Part shown: piece by piece, positions 9,547-19,141 of the stretch | Layout of the letters: the number at the start of each line of letters is the position of its first letter | How positions within the stretch are numbered: position 1 is the first letter of the stretch | From: a virus | Taxonomy: Duplodnaviria; Heunggongvirae; Uroviricota; Caudoviricetes | DNA: 64,000 bases | Strand: one strand, 5' to 3' | Virus record (IMG/VR): IMGVR_UViG_3300005289_000054 | The notes under the pieces: generated by a model | Seen by the model: only the letters and a program-made list of their open reading frames with translations | Told to the model about the DNA's origin: nothing | Databases searched by the model: none | Made by a program: the position numbers and the translations under genes

Positions 9547-9779
9547 GTAATATTAAAGAAATCTTCAAACAAGTATTTAAAGAAGATTACGTAACAGAAT
9601 CTTATAAAATGCAAGGTCACAGCTTTAGTAAAGTAGTAGGTGGAAAACAGGTTTGTAAGTCTTGTGGACTTGTTGCATTAAATAATGATTTTACCAGATG
9701 GAGTATTGATAAAGGTTGTTATAGTGACTTACATCCTGAATACAAGAATGCTCGTAAACGTTTTACAAAGATATGGTAG
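9543..9779 (+). CDS. hypothetical protein (CxxC zinc-ribbon-like)
   Basis: 78 aa. It carries a CKSCG motif. Confidence 0.45.
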   Translation: MSNIKEIFKQVFKEDYVTESYKMQGHSFSKVVGGKQVCKSCGLVALNNDFTRWSIDKGCYSDLHPEYKNARKRFTKIW

Positions 9780-9785
9780 AAAGTT

Positions 9786-9995
9786 ATGAAAGAACACATT
9801 AAACGATTTGTATGCAACGATATTGTTCTACAAAATGGTGAAATACAATATCATTATGACAAAGTGCTTGGTCAAGCTTGGAGTGTTACCTATGAGAATC
9901 CAGAAATTGATTATTATAAATATCAAGTAGTTCCAACACTACAAGAAGCTTTTAGACTTTATGAAAAATGGTACAATAACATGAGAGGTGCATGA
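9786..9995 (+). CDS. hypothetical protein
   Basis: 69 aa. Confidence 0.45.
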   Translation: MKEHIKRFVCNDIVLQNGEIQYHYDKVLGQAWSVTYENPEIDYYKYQVVPTLQEAFRLYEKWYNNMRGA

Positions 9996-10210
9996 TGAAA
10001 GTTTGGGTTTTATTAAGAGAAGAAAATGATTATAACCAGCATAGTGAGTACTTTGAAAAGGTATTTCGAAATAAACCAACAATTGAAGAGTTAGCTAGGT
10101 TAAAGTTACGTTTAAGTATTCAGGAGTTAACTGATCTACATGAGTTTGGTTCTAGTGCATATTCATATGCAAGTTCTACAGTTTATGGACTAATTGAGGA
10201 AGAGATTTAA
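9992..10210 (+). CDS. hypothetical protein
   Basis: 72 aa, with ATGA coupling. Confidence 0.45.
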   Translation: MMKVWVLLREENDYNQHSEYFEKVFRNKPTIEELARLKLRLSIQELTDLHEFGSSAYSYASSTVYGLIEEEI

Positions 10211-10434
10211 TGGTTATAACTTTAGAAGATCATGAGATACATCCAATCTCAATTGATATTTTTAAATCAGATTCGTCTTACGTTGGTGGTAATTTTGGAG
10301 ATAAAGTTGATAACAAGTTAACTGTTTTTCAAATCTATAATGTTGATGAATATGTTGACCACTTAATTATGAATAAAGAGCAGATGTTAAAGTTTCATCA
10401 ACAATTAACAAAGTATTTAGAGGCTGAATTATGA
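10210..10434 (+). CDS. hypothetical protein
   Basis: 74 aa. Confidence 0.45.
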   Translation: MVITLEDHEIHPISIDIFKSDSSYVGGNFGDKVDNKLTVFQIYNVDEYVDHLIMNKEQMLKFHQQLTKYLEAEL

Positions 10435-10664
10435 CATGTCATCAAATTAAGAATGGTTTTGTTTGTATGAATCATTTTGAACCAATTAAAGTTCAGATTG
10501 AACCTGATGTTTTTGTATGGTTTGAACATCACAAATCCTTTGGCCCTTTCTTTTGGGCAGATGAAGATTGTACAAATGAATTTGACAGATGGTGGGATAA
10601 TGAAGTATTATCTAAATTCGTAGATGATTATTATGGTTACAACAAAGGAGAAAATGATGTATAA
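10431..10664 (+). CDS. hypothetical protein
   Basis: 77 aa. Confidence 0.45.
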   Translation: MTCHQIKNGFVCMNHFEPIKVQIEPDVFVWFEHHKSFGPFFWADEDCTNEFDRWWDNEVLSKFVDDYYGYNKGENDV

Positions 10665-11544
10665 AAACTACAAGAAGAAGATTGAAGTCTTCTTTAGTCC
10701 AAACACTTTACAGTCAGCATTAATGAATTTTGAGAGAGAATACATTCGACATGAAGTGTTCAAATTTAATGATGGTAGTGTTAAGGTCACAATAAACGAT
10801 AATATTCCAGATCATCATTACTGTGAAATCCACATGTTTATGGAGACTATGGATGATTTAATGGTTGTTGCACAAATTAAAGATATTGTGCAACGAAAAT
10901 CTAAAAGCCCTAAAGACTTTGTACTCTACATTTCGTCTCCTGTTTATTCAAGATATGATCGTGTTATGCTTGATAATCAGACAGATGCTTTTGGTGCTAG
11001 AGTCTTTGCCAATTTTATTAACTCTCTTTATTTTGATAATGTCATTCTATTTGACTGTCATAGTAATGTTATGAGTGGCATGATTAACAACTCTTATAGT
11101 GTAGAACAGAAGCTATTAGCTGAAACATGTGTAGGAAGTTTAGAAAATTTTCTTCTTATCGCTCCAGATAAAGGAGCCTTAGTTAAGAACCCAACAGCAG
11201 ATATTGTTTTAAGTAAAGCTCGTGATGTAAATACAGGTAAGATTATTGGAGTACACCTTGATAAAGTACCAAATGCAAGTATTGATGGAAAAGATTGCTT
11301 ACTTATCGATGATATTTGTGAAGGCGGACGAACATTCACAGAAGTTGCTCATTCGATTAATGCTGAACATTCTCCGAATCTCAATCTCTATATTACTCAT
11401 GGTATTTTCTCAAATAATGCAATCGAAAAATTGCTTGTAGATTATAAAGAAATTTATGTTTACTTTATGAAAGAAAGTGTTTATGATTCACTTTGTATCG
11501 CATATAAAGAGCGATTGAATGTTTACAATTTAATTATTAATTAG
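10654..11544 (+). CDS. ribose-phosphate pyrophosphokinase (Prs) family protein; candidate ADP-ribose pyrophosphokinase (Adps) of a NARP1-type NAD+ reconstitution pathway
   Basis: A PRPP-binding-loop-like motif, LLIDDICEGGRTF, resembles the Prs DDIIDTGGT loop. Length is about 300 aa. The start was set at the ATG at 10654, just after an AGGAG RBS. It lies immediately upstream of the Nampt-like gene. Confidence 0.65.
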   Translation: MMYKNYKKKIEVFFSPNTLQSALMNFEREYIRHEVFKFNDGSVKVTINDNIPDHHYCEIHMFMETMDDLMVVAQIKDIVQRKSKSPKDFVLYISSPVYSRYDRVMLDNQTDAFGARVFANFINSLYFDNVILFDCHSNVMSGMINNSYSVEQKLLAETCVGSLENFLLIAPDKGALVKNPTADIVLSKARDVNTGKIIGVHLDKVPNASIDGKDCLLIDDICEGGRTFTEVAHSINAEHSPNLNLYITHGIFSNNAIEKLLVDYKEIYVYFMKESVYDSLCIAYKERLNVYNLIIN

Positions 11545-11553
11545 GAGAAACAC

Positions 11554-13389
11554 ATGGATTTACTTACTAAACAAAATGAAATTTTTCGATCACTTAAAGG
11601 TCATGTTCCTGTTATTAATCCCTTCTTATATGGAACAGATTCATATAAGATGTCACACATTAAGATGCAAACAGAAGGGGTTAAAGAAATTTATTCAAAC
11701 TTCACACCACGTTTCTCTAAGTATTTAAAAGATATGTTGGGTGATAAGTTCGACAATAAATATGTTGTATTTGGATTACAGTGGATGATGCTTCGTTTAC
11801 ACATGATGGCACAAGAAGGTTTCTTTAATCGTCCTAAAGATGAAGTAATTGCTGAAATGAAAGAAGTATTAACTCCTTACATTGGCAATGATAAGTATGA
11901 TCATTTTGAAGCACTCCATGATCTTGGTTATCTACCAATTGTTGTTAAGACTTTAGATGAAGGTACTATTGCTCCTGTTGGCGTTCCATTTTTAACTATC
12001 CGAAATAGTGTTTTAGGATTTGAATGGTTGCCTAACTTCTTAGAAACTATTATCTCAACTGATTTATGGAAGCAGTTAACTATCGCTACAGTAGCTCATA
12101 TCTTCCGTAAAATTACAAACGAGTTTGCTTTAGAAACTACTGGTAGTATTGAAGGTACAGAGTGGCAGAACCATGATTTCCATGTACGTGGTGCTAGTGG
12201 TTTTGAGAGCGCTGCAATTGACGGTGTTGCCTTCTTATTAAGTTCATGTGGCACTGATAACATTCCTGCTTTGTGGGCTGCTGATAAGTTTTATCAAAGT
12301 TCTAATAAACAAGGATTATTAGCTGGTTCAGTTCCTGCTGGAGAACATTCAGTAACAACTTCAGGTATTCTTGCGGAAGTAGAGCGTGCAGCTTTAGATG
12401 GCGAGGATTTAACTAAAGAACAAGCAGAATACTTCTATGCTCGAAAGATTATGATGGAGCGCTTCCCAACTGGAATTGTTTCCTATGTCGCTGACAGCTA
12501 CGATTATTGGAATTTTATTGGTAAGATTTTACCTTCATTAAAAAATGAAGTAATGTCTCGTGATGGTAAGTTTGTTGTTCGTGGTGATAGTGGTAATCCT
12601 GTAGATGTTATTTGTGGTGTTGTTGAAGATTACGAGGTAATCGAAGCAGATAATGAAGAGGAATTCTTAGAAGCAGCTTATGAGATTATCCATGATAATT
12701 TACAGGATGTAACACCTCATGGGGAATATGGAGGCGATGACCATGATATGAACTTTAGTTGGAATGGTCGTATTTACAATGTTTCTTTCTCAGGATTCCA
12801 ATGGAATCGTTACGATAAACAGTACTACTACTTGGACACTTACCGTTCAGATGTAACTCATAAGATGACTGAGATCAAACGAAATATTGAACACAAAGGA
12901 ACGATTGAAGCACTCTGGGATATCTTTGGTGGTCATGTAAATGATAAAGGTTATAAAGTTCTAGATTCACACATTGGTATGATTTATGGTGATGGTATTA
13001 CTGTAGAGCGTCAGATTGAAATCTTAACACGATTGAAGAACAAAGGTTTTGCATCAACTAATATTGTATTTGGTGTTGGTTCTTACTCTTTAAACATGGT
13101 AAGTCGTGATCATTTAGGAATGGCTATTAAAGCAACTAACCAAGTTTTGGAATTAGATAATGGTATTGTCTTAGACCAACCAATCTATAAAGACCCTAAG
13201 ACAGATACTTCTAAGAAGTCTGCTCATGGTTTGATTAGTGTTCATGAAGATGAGAATGGTGAACTCTACTTTAAAGATAAACAGAATCGTAAGGAAGAGA
13301 AAACTGGTTTATTAAATGTTCTTTATATGAATGGTCAATTTCAGAAGTTAACAAACATCTTTGAAATTCGTGAAAAGATGTGGGATTAA
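11554..13389 (+). CDS. nicotinamide phosphoribosyltransferase (Nampt/NadV) family protein; candidate Namat of NARP1
   Basis: 611-aa ORF with a strong AGGAG RBS. The N-terminus (PFLYGTDSYKMSHI...) and length are Nampt-like, and it is translationally coupled to the Prs-like gene. Confidence 0.7.
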   Translation: MDLLTKQNEIFRSLKGHVPVINPFLYGTDSYKMSHIKMQTEGVKEIYSNFTPRFSKYLKDMLGDKFDNKYVVFGLQWMMLRLHMMAQEGFFNRPKDEVIAEMKEVLTPYIGNDKYDHFEALHDLGYLPIVVKTLDEGTIAPVGVPFLTIRNSVLGFEWLPNFLETIISTDLWKQLTIATVAHIFRKITNEFALETTGSIEGTEWQNHDFHVRGASGFESAAIDGVAFLLSSCGTDNIPALWAADKFYQSSNKQGLLAGSVPAGEHSVTTSGILAEVERAALDGEDLTKEQAEYFYARKIMMERFPTGIVSYVADSYDYWNFIGKILPSLKNEVMSRDGKFVVRGDSGNPVDVICGVVEDYEVIEADNEEEFLEAAYEIIHDNLQDVTPHGEYGGDDHDMNFSWNGRIYNVSFSGFQWNRYDKQYYYLDTYRSDVTHKMTEIKRNIEHKGTIEALWDIFGGHVNDKGYKVLDSHIGMIYGDGITVERQIEILTRLKNKGFASTNIVFGVGSYSLNMVSRDHLGMAIKATNQVLELDNGIVLDQPIYKDPKTDTSKKSAHGLISVHEDENGELYFKDKQNRKEEKTGLLNVLYMNGQFQKLTNIFEIREKMWD

Positions 13390-13420
13390 TGTTGACAAAT
13401 TAAAATTAAATAGATAATAT

Positions 13421-13452
13421 AAGGACATGAGTTAATACTTGTGTCCTTTTTT
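13421..13452 (+). terminator. rho-independent terminator (copy 1 of a duplicated element)
   Basis: AAGGACA-14-nt loop-TGTCCTT followed by TTTT, immediately after the Nampt-like gene. Confidence 0.55.
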
Positions 13453-13460
13453 ATTGGAGA

Positions 13461-13643
13461 TTGAAAATGGGTAGAAAGATTAAACCTAATGCTGCAACAC
13501 ATTATGTAGAGAAACAATGTTTCTATGGTTTTACTGAAACAATTTACATAAAGGATTGTGTTATATGTTGGCAATATTGGAATGATGCTTGGTTTGATTG
13601 GTATTATTACGATGGTAGTTGGGGTGAACCAAAACATCTTTAA
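13461..13643 (+). CDS. hypothetical protein
   Basis: 60-aa ORF rich in W, Y and C. Confidence 0.35.
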   Translation: MKMGRKIKPNAATHYVEKQCFYGFTETIYIKDCVICWQYWNDAWFDWYYYDGSWGEPKHL

Positions 13644-13654
13644 AGGAAAATAGA

Positions 13655-13879
13655 ATGTACAGTTATTATAAGCGTGAAGGTTGGTTGATTGAAGATGTTA
13701 AATCAAATGCACCAATCAATGCTACTCACTATTGTTTGTCTGGTTATGGAACTTATGTTCATTATTTTAAATTAACTAAGAAAGAAACATGGGTGTCGTT
13801 AGCTTATGGTAAGAAGTTTGGATTAGCTACAAGTCATGTAATGAGTATTGGTAAACCTTTACCACTGAAAGAGGATTAA
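13655..13879 (+). CDS. hypothetical protein
   Basis: 74 aa. Confidence 0.4.
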   Translation: MYSYYKREGWLIEDVKSNAPINATHYCLSGYGTYVHYFKLTKKETWVSLAYGKKFGLATSHVMSIGKPLPLKED

Positions 13880-13882
13880 ATA

Positions 13883-14224
13883 ATGGGTAATTATGATTTA
13901 CAGATTGAACTATTAGAACGTTTAATTCATAATTGGTATGATATTAAAACACCTGATGATTTTTATAAAGTGTTTCCTGAACATGATAGAGATTACCTAC
14001 ATCGAGATGGTTTGTGTTCTGTTTGTAGATTTGTTTTTATAAACAAACAACAAAGATGGAAGATGTTTCAAGAGTGGTCATTGTATGATTATGATTTATT
14101 ATATCCAGTTGGAGGTGTTAATGAGTTTATTAGTATGAAATTAATCACAGATAATCCAAAACGATTACATCTTGCAGTCTGGTGTCTACAATGGTTAAGA
14201 GAACGAAATATTGAGGAAATTTAA
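13883..14224 (+). CDS. hypothetical protein
   Basis: 113 aa. Confidence 0.45.
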   Translation: MGNYDLQIELLERLIHNWYDIKTPDDFYKVFPEHDRDYLHRDGLCSVCRFVFINKQQRWKMFQEWSLYDYDLLYPVGGVNEFISMKLITDNPKRLHLAVWCLQWLRERNIEEI

Positions 14225-14225
14225 A

Positions 14226-15146
14226 ATGTATGAATGTTTGATTGAAAAATATAAAGATGATGTTAAGTATTATGAATACTACATGAATGAACATGGTGCT
14301 ATTCCTAAAACACCTCATGTTAAAATACCTGAAGGTGCGGAATACTTAATTTGTCATGAAAAAGTTTATGATAAAGAATTGGTATTTAATAAAAATAACT
14401 TTGATTATACTTGGTCAATAACACACAACTATACCAAATGGGAGAATTCAAATTGGGATAGTATAATTGGTGATCGTTTTGAGTATATGAAAGAACATTA
14501 TGGTAGTGTTGTACTTTGGAAGAGAGAGGAAGAATTAAAACCTATGAAAGATTTTTATCCAGATGATGTACTTGCTGTAACAGAATCTAAAAGCACCAAG
14601 TTATGGTGGTACGATAACGGTATGGTTAGTAAACCAAATGATAACTTATACCAACCTTGGCATAGTACATATAAACAATACCTAACCGATGTTCCGTATA
14701 CTAAACTTATTTACAAACGAGAGGATAAAGTAATGGAAATTACACCAGTGAACGAAGATATTTATTTACTAACTAAGTTACAAGCTTGTGATGTGTTATT
14801 AAGTCGAACATCTGTATTGCAATATCAATCAACTGATGGTGATTGGGTTGATTTTAAATCAAATGCAAACAAATCAAACGCTCAGTTGTATGTAATACTA
14901 TTTAATTTAGATGATACTAAATTTAGAATTAAACCTGAGTTAGACCACATTCCTATTGAGTTTTGTGAAGTAATGGATATGTTAACTGATAATAGAGGTA
15001 ATGAAATCTTCATAAATAAAGAAGCTAATCTAGCACAAGCAGAAAATCCTTTATTTTATTTACAATACCATTATCATGATAAATATTCACGAGTAGTAGA
15101 GAAACAAGTAACTTATGATCAATGGAAAACAAAAGGAAATAAATAA
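14226..15146 (+). CDS. hypothetical protein
   Basis: Track ORF 14211-15146. The start was moved to the ATG at 14226, which follows a GAGGA RBS. Confidence 0.5.
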   Translation: MYECLIEKYKDDVKYYEYYMNEHGAIPKTPHVKIPEGAEYLICHEKVYDKELVFNKNNFDYTWSITHNYTKWENSNWDSIIGDRFEYMKEHYGSVVLWKREEELKPMKDFYPDDVLAVTESKSTKLWWYDNGMVSKPNDNLYQPWHSTYKQYLTDVPYTKLIYKREDKVMEITPVNEDIYLLTKLQACDVLLSRTSVLQYQSTDGDWVDFKSNANKSNAQLYVILFNLDDTKFRIKPELDHIPIEFCEVMDMLTDNRGNEIFINKEANLAQAENPLFYLQYHYHDKYSRVVEKQVTYDQWKTKGNK

Positions 15147-15290
15147 TGTTAGATGTAGTTTGGCTTTCTTTATTCACTTGTTCAATTACTTTTATTGGAT
15201 CTTTATTAAGTGGAAATAAGTTTTTATACTGGTTATCATTAATTGGAATACTTTTTAATTCTTTAGCTATATTATTTAAGTGAGAGTCAC

Positions 15291-15473
15291 ATGCGCTTAA
15301 AAAGTGAAATTCAAACCCACATAGATGATCTCTGGACAGAGTATAATGAATCCATTGATAGCTTTGTACTTAGTAATCTTGAAGACCAAGAGTCTTGGTT
15401 AAAAAGTGTTATTGCTTACAAAAAGATTGAAGCTTTAAACTGGGTTCTTGAAACAACAATTAAGGAGAAATAA
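15291..15473 (+). CDS. hypothetical protein
   Basis: 60 aa. Confidence 0.4.
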   Translation: MRLKSEIQTHIDDLWTEYNESIDSFVLSNLEDQESWLKSVIAYKKIEALNWVLETTIKEK

Positions 15474-15692
15474 ATGTCCATAGTAAATGGTTTTTTAGAA
15501 GATAGAACACAATGGTACAAAGTAACAAAATTAGCGACAGTGATAAAAGGAGAGTATTTATTTGAAGATATAGAATTACTTGGTGAGGTTGACTTAGGTG
15601 AACTTGGTGTTTGGTATTACACAGATAGTATACCTAACTACCATACTGGAGTTTGTCAGATGTGGTTTCAAAAAGATTATCTTCGGATGTAA
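15474..15692 (+). CDS. hypothetical protein
   Basis: 72 aa. Confidence 0.4.
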   Translation: MSIVNGFLEDRTQWYKVTKLATVIKGEYLFEDIELLGEVDLGELGVWYYTDSIPNYHTGVCQMWFQKDYLRM

Positions 15693-15704
15693 TTATTTTT
15701 AATA

Positions 15705-15730
15705 AGAGAGCTTGTGCTCTCTTTTTTATT
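15705..15730 (+). terminator. rho-independent terminator
   Basis: AGAGAGC-ttgt-GCTCTCT followed by TTTTTTATT. Confidence 0.55.
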
Positions 15731-15775
15731 GTGTATAATAAATTTATAAAGTAATTAACTAACAGGATAAACACC

Positions 15776-16144
15776 ATGAATAGTTTAAATAAACCAGTGA
15801 TTAAAGTAGAACATACAGATTCAGAAGTTGTTGTACTTAGATTTATTGACGAAGACAAAAATGAATTCTTTATTGAATACTTTTTGGATGGAGAGCCGAC
15901 CTTAGTAGATGAAAGTTTTGATCATGCATTTGGAACTGAAGTTAGTTATGGTTTAGATATTGACTCAATTAACTTCGATAAGATTGTTTACAAAAACTCT
16001 GAGGAAGAAGAGCTATCTGAATGCCCAGAGCAGATCAAACCTTACGAGATTAGTCTTGAGTCAATTGTAAATGAAGAGTTGATTAATTATTTCATTGCAA
16101 GAATGGATAATAAATTTGTTGAGTTTAATGAGTACTGGTTATGA
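15776..16144 (+). CDS. hypothetical acidic protein
   Basis: 122 aa. Confidence 0.5.
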   Translation: MNSLNKPVIKVEHTDSEVVVLRFIDEDKNEFFIEYFLDGEPTLVDESFDHAFGTEVSYGLDIDSINFDKIVYKNSEEEELSECPEQIKPYEISLESIVNEELINYFIARMDNKFVEFNEYWL

Positions 16145-16341
16145 TTAAAAAGATTTGGTTGGAAATTGTTTATTGGTATGGTGTAATATTTCTCAATAAA
16201 CTAACACGAGAAGAGATTGCTTGGAATGAAAAATTTCCATGTAAGTATTGCAGACCACATCCATCTGAAACAATGTGTGGTAGTATTGAAAGTAAGTGTA
16301 GTGAATGCGGCAGAACTATTTATATTTCTTTAGGGTATTAA
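16141..16341 (+). CDS. hypothetical protein (Cys-rich C-terminus)
   Basis: 66 aa. It carries a CKYCRPH...CSECGR motif. Confidence 0.4.
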   Translation: MIKKIWLEIVYWYGVIFLNKLTREEIAWNEKFPCKYCRPHPSETMCGSIESKCSECGRTIYISLGY

Positions 16342-16361
16342 TAGTTGTTATTAAGTGAAAA

Positions 16362-16386
16362 TAAAGGAGCCTCTTGGCTCCTTTAT
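16362..16386. terminator. bidirectional terminator hairpin between convergent genes
   Basis: AAAGGAGCC-tctt-GGCTCCTTT, flanked by A/T runs on both sides. Confidence 0.5.
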
Positions 16387-17064
16387 TTATTTGTTCTTAA
16401 AGTACCACCAAATAGTTTCTATTAACAGGTATACCCATACAACCTGACCAATCAAAGGAATCATAGAAATTAAAGAGGACTTGTACCAATCTGATAACAG
16501 GTAGCTATGTTTTCTAACCATATACTCTTTATATGTTTCATCATCAGGAACTAAGTACCAATCACCATCATCAGTCAGTCCACCATACCCATATTCAATA
16601 TGATATGTTCTTCCAAGTAATTCCTTAGCAATAGGATTAACTATATGTCCAATAAAAGCCTTGCCTTCATAACTGATGGCCTTTCTTCTCAACCACATAA
16701 TGTCATCAACATCTTCTTTATTATTATAAAAGTAATAACCCTTGTAAGGGTTTGTCTCAAACTCAACACCTAACTTCTTAGCTCTGAGTAAGTGCATAGA
16801 TACAAGTAAAGAAGTCAACCTAATTCTAGATTTTGGATTTTCTCTCTCATAATAACCTACTGGAGCAAAATCTTGGTAAGCTTCAGATTTACAATCAATG
16901 CATCCAGTCAGAAAGAATAATGATTTCTTGACTTCTTCTTCATAACTGTAAACTTTAGCCATCCTTGCATTTAATGCATCAAGCTCTGCTTGCTTAACAC
17001 CTTCATCGTATTCAATAAACTCTGACACAAGATGACTATTTATTTTACATACATCTTTTTCCAT
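16387..17064 (-). CDS. hypothetical protein (C-terminal TM segment)
   Basis: 225 aa. Confidence 0.5.
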   Translation of the reverse strand: MEKDVCKINSHLVSEFIEYDEGVKQAELDALNARMAKVYSYEEEVKKSLFFLTGCIDCKSEAYQDFAPVGYYERENPKSRIRLTSLLVSMHLLRAKKLGVEFETNPYKGYYFYNNKEDVDDIMWLRRKAISYEGKAFIGHIVNPIAKELLGRTYHIEYGYGGLTDDGDWYLVPDDETYKEYMVRKHSYLLSDWYKSSLISMIPLIGQVVWVYLLIETIWWYFKNK

Positions 17065-17088
17065 AACAACATCTCCAACTTTTAAACT

Positions 17089-17646
17089 TTATTGCTTATC
17101 TACAAAAGATAGTCTAATCAAGACTCGTCTACAATCTTCAGTAACTATAGGAGAACAATGAAGCTCTCTTCCATACATATACACTCTATTTGGCTCACAC
17201 TGCTTCACTACGCCATCTTCTTTATAATGAGTACCAAATATATTAGAATAAATTAAGTGCGTCTCATGCTTATTAGGATGGTCATAATCACGTACCCAAT
17301 CATAATGGTAATTGTTGTACCAATCTCCAGAACCTCCTTTCTTCAAGTCTCTAACTTTAACATCTAAATAGCATAACTCATAATCTTCAAATTTCCAAGT
17401 GGAGTAAGCTAACATAGATTTAATTACATTTCCAATTGCTGGGTGCAGCATATTAGCCACATAAACTAAATGATCTGCATCTTTAATCAATTTATATTTA
17501 ATTTCTAAAAGATCTGGCAAATCTTTTTTGTCAATAGGTTTAAATTCAATAGGTAACTTCTGCATATTTTCTCCATAATAAAATAGGACTCTATTAGTTA
17601 GAGTCCTATTATACTTAATAATATGATAAGGTTTTAGTATCCACAA
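17089..17646 (-). CDS. hypothetical protein
   Basis: 185 aa with a His-rich segment, HYDWVRDYDHPNKHETH. Any 2OG-Fe oxygenase-like fold is only a guess. Confidence 0.45.
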   Translation of the reverse strand: MWILKPYHIIKYNRTLTNRVLFYYGENMQKLPIEFKPIDKKDLPDLLEIKYKLIKDADHLVYVANMLHPAIGNVIKSMLAYSTWKFEDYELCYLDVKVRDLKKGGSGDWYNNYHYDWVRDYDHPNKHETHLIYSNIFGTHYKEDGVVKQCEPNRVYMYGRELHCSPIVTEDCRRVLIRLSFVDKQ

Positions 17647-18440
17647 TAATAATCCTCAACATCTAAAATTAAAGCTCCGTCTAAATATTTAGCCTTAATT
17701 TCATAGTTAGTATCATGAATATCATCTAAGAAACTAACAAAGTTATCAATAACTTCAAAAAATAACGTATTATCTTTTAAATGAGTATTAATAGTTGTTT
17801 TGCTATCCTGATCATACTCAAATAACGCCCCCATGTCCTCATCTTCATCAACTTCCAAATAAAGATCATCGTGAGTGAATCCATAACCTGAGTCTTTTTC
17901 AACACACAGAGAATAATCATAACTATGCTCACATGGTTCACCATCATTAAAGCTTGGTGTGTATCCACGAGTTACAACAGCAAAGTTACCAAATTCCTTA
18001 CCAATAAGCTTAATATAAGCAAAGATATGCTCTTCTTTAAGACTACCAAGAATTTTCTCATACTCCTGTTTAGCAAGAATAAAAGACTTTACCACTTGTT
18101 CTTCTGTTGTTAAACCAACCAAACCAAGTGCTTGATACACACGCTCATCAATATTAGCACCACGAGACAATGATTCTTTGTAATAATCTAAACTCGTTTG
18201 TTCTGGCTCCCATTGATCTTCCAAGCCATAGCATGAGCAATGACTTCCATGCACTTCATACAATTCACCATCAACACTCTCGAAGATTACCAACGAACTA
18301 CCAGAGTAATCCTCATAAGTGTAATCAGCAAAAATAATCTTACCAACAAGTGCTCGATCATGATCAGATACTTGATATGTGTCAAGAATTTCTTTCTCTG
18401 TTGCCTTGGCAAAGTCATTAATAAAAATTTGTTTATACAT
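17634..18440 (-). CDS. hypothetical protein
   Basis: 268 aa. Confidence 0.5.
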   Translation of the reverse strand: MYKQIFINDFAKATEKEILDTYQVSDHDRALVGKIIFADYTYEDYSGSSLVIFESVDGELYEVHGSHCSCYGLEDQWEPEQTSLDYYKESLSRGANIDERVYQALGLVGLTTEEQVVKSFILAKQEYEKILGSLKEEHIFAYIKLIGKEFGNFAVVTRGYTPSFNDGEPCEHSYDYSLCVEKDSGYGFTHDDLYLEVDEDEDMGALFEYDQDSKTTINTHLKDNTLFFEVIDNFVSFLDDIHDTNYEIKAKYLDGALILDVEDYYCGY

Positions 18441-18450
18441 AAATATCTCC

Positions 18451-18843
18451 TTAATTACTTAAACGTTTCATTTCTTTTTTACAAAAATCATAAATCTCTA
18501 AAGCCAATTCCTCGATAGGAACATAACCATAGACTGTGTCAAGAGGATTAGCTTTATCCTCAGCATACTTCTTAATAAAACTTTCGCTGGTTTCAAAACT
18601 AGGGAATCCAATTTCAACATGAGTATATGAAGAGCAATTCTTACGTGGTAAACAATAAACATACTCATTCGCTTGAATAGATACACTATACTTATGAATT
18701 TCCACACCATCAATAAGGATGTTAAAAGTAAATCGTGGTACTTGCTGTAGTGCAAATAAACTCTCATATGTTTTTACACTACCAAAATCTCGACCATTCA
18801 CAGTCGATTTAACACGCTCTAAAATTTCCTCATACGTCAACAT
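18451..18843 (-). CDS. hypothetical protein
   Basis: 130 aa. Confidence 0.45.
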   Translation of the reverse strand: MLTYEEILERVKSTVNGRDFGSVKTYESLFALQQVPRFTFNILIDGVEIHKYSVSIQANEYVYCLPRKNCSSYTHVEIGFPSFETSESFIKKYAEDKANPLDTVYGYVPIEELALEIYDFCKKEMKRLSN

Positions 18844-19126
18844 TTACATCTCCTAAATACCATCTAACATCTTGCTTTAAAAACCAAAAGAAACCTTGAG
18901 CTGTATCAAATTCATGATATCTTTCTCTCATATACTCATGAATATGTTCTGGTTGTTGATAAAATAATACTTTGTCTGTCATCTCAAATCCAAGCTCCTT
19001 ATCATATAGGAAGTTAATAGCTGTTCTACCACCAATATGATCGGTGATCCTTACTTTGTCAACATACCAACCTTTCTCAATACTAAAACGTCTTACTGCT
19101 ACAATATCATCCATAGTAAATACCAT
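18830..19126 (-). CDS. hypothetical protein
   Basis: 98 aa. Confidence 0.45.
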   Translation of the reverse strand: MVFTMDDIVAVRRFSIEKGWYVDKVRITDHIGGRTAINFLYDKELGFEMTDKVLFYQQPEHIHEYMRERYHEFDTAQGFFWFLKQDVRWYLGDVNVDV

Positions 19127-19141
19127 TTTGTTTTAAAAATA

